Of a stretch of 9,616 bases of DNA, positions 6,659 through 9,616 are shown piece by piece. This stretch comes from a virus (taxonomy: Duplodnaviria > Heunggongvirae > Uroviricota > Caudoviricetes), in IMG/VR virus record IMGVR_UViG_2778261570_000015, one strand, 5' to 3'. Position numbers and translations under genes: made by a program. The notes beneath the pieces are model-generated. The model saw only the letters and a program-made list of their open reading frames with translations. It was not told the DNA's origin and made no database searches. The number at the start of each line of letters is the position of its first letter. The first letter of the stretch is position 1.

Positions 6659-6820
6659 ATGGCTATTTCAGTAAAGCCGGTATTGATAAGTGAGAAGCAA
6701 ATGGAAGCGATAAAGAAAATTCAGGAAGAGCAGCGTAAAAAATCAGGAATTGGAGTAGCGCCAACTCTGCATGAAATTGCACGAGGGTTAATAGATAAGG
6801 CGCTGGCAGGCTGTATGTGA
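6659..6820 (+). CDS. Small 53-aa protein, possible ribbon-helix-helix (CopG/Arc/MetJ-like) DNA-binding regulator; absent from the ORF track
   Basis: ATG 6659 preceded by AAGGGGG (6648-6654); stop TGA 6818-6820. Translation MAISVKPVLISEKQMEAIKKIQEEQRKKSGIGVAPTLHEIARGLIDKALAGCM has a short N-terminal beta-strand-like segment followed by two predicted helices. Next gene starts 16 nt downstream. Confidence 0.5.
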   Translation: MAISVKPVLISEKQMEAIKKIQEEQRKKSGIGVAPTLHEIARGLIDKALAGCM

Positions 6821-6836
6821 AAATGGATGGCATCGC

Positions 6837-7298
6837 ATGGAACTAAAATTTATTGATAACCCTGTGCGATTACAGGCCTTTCTTAACGAGCCAGGCAATA
6901 CCGAAAATATTGTTGAGCCGGGGCACACGTACTACATCAAGCCTGATGCGGTATATCTCGGCATCTACGAAGGATTAGTGCTGGCTGGCGTTCATGAAGT
7001 GCGTAACTTCTGGCATAGCGTTGTTGAATGCCATGCGGTGTACGACCCCGGATTCCGTGGTGAATATGCACTGCAAGGACATCGATTATTCTGCAAATGG
7101 CTTCTCGAAAACTCACCATTCCTTAACAGCATCACTATGGTTCCTGACACCACGAAATACGGACGGGCAATTATCCGTTTGCTTGGCGCTACCCGTGTTG
7201 GTCACCTTGATGATGCTTATATCAGATGTGGTAAACCCGTCGGCGTAACGCTTTATCAGTTAACTCGGCAACAATATAAGGAATTCAGCGAATGTTAA
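6837..7298 (+). CDS. Hypothetical protein, 153 aa
   Basis: Track ORF; ATG 6837 with GGATGG upstream; stop overlaps the next start. No family recognised. Confidence 0.7.
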   Translation: MELKFIDNPVRLQAFLNEPGNTENIVEPGHTYYIKPDAVYLGIYEGLVLAGVHEVRNFWHSVVECHAVYDPGFRGEYALQGHRLFCKWLLENSPFLNSITMVPDTTKYGRAIIRLLGATRVGHLDDAYIRCGKPVGVTLYQLTRQQYKEFSEC

Positions 7299-7969
7299 TT
7301 ACCCATATAGCTCATAAACATCTCAATCGTGCCGTATACGAAAAAGGCGGTGATGGTGGTGCCTCTAAAGCTCAGGCGAAGGCCCAGCAGCAGGCAATTG
7401 ATTTGCAGCGCGAGCAGTGGAATACGGTGATGAATAATCTCAAGCCGTATGCAGAAGTCGGATTGCCTGCTTTACAACAACTACAAGGACTGATGACTCT
7501 GGAAGGGCAGAATAAAGCCGCGAATGATTTCTTTGGTTCTGGTTTATATAAAACACAGGCAGATCAGGCCCGTTATCAGAACCTTGTCTCAGCAGAAGCT
7601 ACCGGGGGGCTTGGCTCAACAGCTACCAGTAACCAGTTATCTTCCATTGCGCCCATGCTTTATAACAATTGGCTTAGTGGGCAAATGCAAAATTATGGAA
7701 ACCTGCTAAATGTCGGGATGAATGCGGCATCAGGGCAGGCAACGGCAGGGCAAAACTACGCCAATAATACCGGACAACTCTTGCAGGGGCTTGGCGCTAT
7801 TCGTGCAGGTCAGGCGCAGCAGCCATCCAGTCTTGCGCGTGGTATTGGTGGGGCAGCATCAGGCGCTTTAGCGGGTGCGCAACTTGGTTCCGTTGTTCCT
7901 GGAATAGGAACTGCGGCCGGCGCTATTGGTGGTGGGCTTATTGGTCTTGTTGGGGGGCTTGGATTCTAA
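7292..7969 (+). CDS. Ala/Gln/Gly-rich protein, 225 aa, with a glycine-zipper hydrophobic C-terminus; putative internal-virion/ejection-type protein
   Basis: Track ORF; start overlaps the previous stop; AAGGAA upstream. Low-complexity AQ-rich N-terminal part; C-terminus GIGTAAGAIGGGLIGLVGGLGF. Composition resembles podovirus internal core proteins; not verified by homology. Confidence 0.65.
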   Translation: MLITHIAHKHLNRAVYEKGGDGGASKAQAKAQQQAIDLQREQWNTVMNNLKPYAEVGLPALQQLQGLMTLEGQNKAANDFFGSGLYKTQADQARYQNLVSAEATGGLGSTATSNQLSSIAPMLYNNWLSGQMQNYGNLLNVGMNAASGQATAGQNYANNTGQLLQGLGAIRAGQAQQPSSLARGIGGAASGALAGAQLGSVVPGIGTAAGAIGGGLIGLVGGLGF

Positions 7970-9288
7970 TGGCGACATGGCAACTTGGCGGGCTGCCTAG
8001 CATGGCACCGCAAAATGATAATGCTCCTCGTTCTTCCGTTCCTCAGCCTGTGCAGTATCAGCAGCAGCCAAACGTAGGTTTAATGGCGCTACAGGGGCTA
8101 AGAGGCGTTGCTGAGATTAATCAGCAGGCGCAAATTTCCCAGCAGCTAAAAGAATATCAGGCACGGTTGGGTAGTGCGGTAGCTAATAATGATCGTGTTG
8201 GCGTGCAGAAGTTAATGGCCCAGTATCCCCAGTTTATGGCTGATTCTCAAAAACAGATGGGATTCATTGATGCTGAGCAAAATCGGCAGACCGCTGACGC
8301 TGCCATGAATCTGCGTCTTGCGTCACAAACTGGAGATCCACTGACCATGCAGAAGGCCATTCAGCAGGCAAATCCAGTATTACAGCGATTTGGTCTTCCT
8401 GCTGAAGAGGTTTATCAGTCTTGGCAGAATGACCCACAGGAATTCAACAGAATCACTGACCTCATCCACCTCCATGCTGATCCAAATAGTTACTTTAGTG
8501 TTCAAGAGAAGCAGCAAGGGCAGAGTATTGCACAGCAGAACGCAGATACATCTGCATATAATGCTCAGGTTAATGCGGAGCAGGGTAATCGGCGGCTCGA
8601 TATGGAGCAGTTCAAAGTCCTATCCGATAACCAACTACGCACGAGAGAAATGGTTCTGAAAGCACGACTTGGACGTGCTCAAAATGACATCGAGAGAGAC
8701 AAGCTCAATGCTGAACTGAGCAAGGTACAGCAGGCGAAAGTGGAGAAGATGAACGATAAAATTAATACTGTTGCAGGTAATATCGACTCCTTGAACTCTG
8801 CGCTTGAAGTGGGTCATGAACTGGCGGGAATTGTAGGGAAACATCCTTCGGCCGTTACCCGTTCGCAGAACTATAACCCCCTGACGCTGGGGTTTGGATT
8901 CCTCCCTGATGTAGCAGAAGACACACGAAGCCTACGCGCCAAAGCTGATGAATACAACCTAAAGGTTATTCTGCCTAGCCTAAAAGGTACTTTTGGCTCT
9001 AACCCAACCGAAGGGGAAAGGGCTGCCCTTATGCAATCTCAAAATGGCATTAAGTCAGCAACCAGCAATGAGGCATTTTTGCGAGAGTTGAATAAAGCGC
9101 AGGACGTAATTATTCGAATGCAGAAACGACAGATTGCCGGGCTCGGTATTCCTGTAACCAAATCTAAGGACGAAGAAACTGATACCAAAATGCTGTTGCA
9201 GGATCCTTCACTGGTTAAGGATTATGTGACCGCACATGGCTATCTGCCGGAAAGTTACTATCAGGCAAAACTTAAGGGATGGCAATGA
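7969..9288 (+). CDS. Gln/Ala-rich protein, 439 aa; putative internal-virion/ejection-type protein
   Basis: Track ORF; TAATG overlap with the previous gene and TGA overlap with the next. Q/A-rich, coiled-coil-like composition. Confidence 0.7.
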   Translation: MATWQLGGLPSMAPQNDNAPRSSVPQPVQYQQQPNVGLMALQGLRGVAEINQQAQISQQLKEYQARLGSAVANNDRVGVQKLMAQYPQFMADSQKQMGFIDAEQNRQTADAAMNLRLASQTGDPLTMQKAIQQANPVLQRFGLPAEEVYQSWQNDPQEFNRITDLIHLHADPNSYFSVQEKQQGQSIAQQNADTSAYNAQVNAEQGNRRLDMEQFKVLSDNQLRTREMVLKARLGRAQNDIERDKLNAELSKVQQAKVEKMNDKINTVAGNIDSLNSALEVGHELAGIVGKHPSAVTRSQNYNPLTLGFGFLPDVAEDTRSLRAKADEYNLKVILPSLKGTFGSNPTEGERAALMQSQNGIKSATSNEAFLRELNKAQDVIIRMQKRQIAGLGIPVTKSKDEETDTKMLLQDPSLVKDYVTAHGYLPESYYQAKLKGWQ

Positions 9289-9616
9289 TGGCACAACTGA
9301 CAGAAAAACAGAAAGCCTATTCCCGTCATCTCGATGAAAAATATGGTTTCCCATCAGGGACGATGGAAACATTAGTTGGCAATGAATCTAGTGGTAACGG
9401 AAGTGCCGAGTCACCGAAAGGAGCTAGAGGATTTGCTCAACTGATGCCCTCAGTAATGAGTGATGCTGGTTATCGTGGAACAGATCCGCGCTCACTGCCA
9501 TTTGAAAAGCAAATGGATATCGCAGCAAACCATCTCAATAAAGGAATGAAGCGATTTGGTGTGAACCGCCCCGGGTTTCCTGGAGAGTGTTTTATCTGTG
9601 AACTCAGGCTGCCAGA
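9285..9616 (+). CDS. Lytic transglycosylase (SLT) domain protein, N-terminal fragment; gene continues beyond the window
   Basis: ATG 9285 with AAGGGATGG upstream, overlapping the previous stop. Translation contains GNESSGNGSAESPKGARGFAQLMP, matching the SLT catalytic signature (ES...A.S..GA.G..Q), at the same N-terminal position as in T7 gp16-type internal virion protein D. Open to the end of the window. Confidence 0.7.
   Translation, partial: MMAQLTEKQKAYSRHLDEKYGFPSGTMETLVGNESSGNGSAESPKGARGFAQLMPSVMSDAGYRGTDPRSLPFEKQMDIAANHLNKGMKRFGVNRPGFPGECFICELRLP

Noticed and set aside
7524-7709. 61-aa alternative-frame ORF inside the 225-aa gene (and 8390-8659 and 8635-8844 inside the 439-aa gene)
   Set aside because: Nested in or antisense to better-supported genes; no independent start signals.

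Overview
All credible genes in this window are on the + strand, and the layout looks like part of a phage-derived mobile element (prophage or satellite-like) with enterobacterial-style codon usage and Shine-Dalgarno sites. No database search was possible; every call rests on motifs, composition and gene syntax read from the sequence. Contents, 5' to 3': (1) the end of an upstream operon (stop at 25-27, then an 88-aa ORF at 28-294); (2) a ~650-bp hairpin-rich stretch of uncertain coding status ending in a weak terminator-like hairpin (726-747) and a promoter with a perfect TATAAT (788-793); (3) eight small translationally coupled ORFs (64-200 aa, no function recognised) leading into a ~918-aa primase-helicase with zinc ribbon, TOPRIM and P-loop NTPase motifs (3318-6074); (4) an iteron-type origin candidate directly after the primase stop (6098-6212); (5) two identical-geometry palindromic operators, a clear intrinsic terminator (6531-6564) and another TATAAT promoter; (6) a second operon opening with an unannotated 53-aa ribbon-helix-helix-like ORF (6659-6820), then 153-, 225- and 439-aa proteins and an ORF with an N-terminal lytic-transglycosylase motif that runs off the window. 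The Ala/Gln/Gly-rich composition plus the transglycosylase N-terminus resemble podovirus internal-virion/ejection proteins, but their position right after a replication module is unusual. No rRNA, tRNA, CRISPR, transposase or integrase was seen. The most interesting points are the ejection-protein-like operon in this context, the origin and operator architecture, a 22-bp direct repeat bracketing the replication module, and a loop motif shared by two hairpins around the early promoter.
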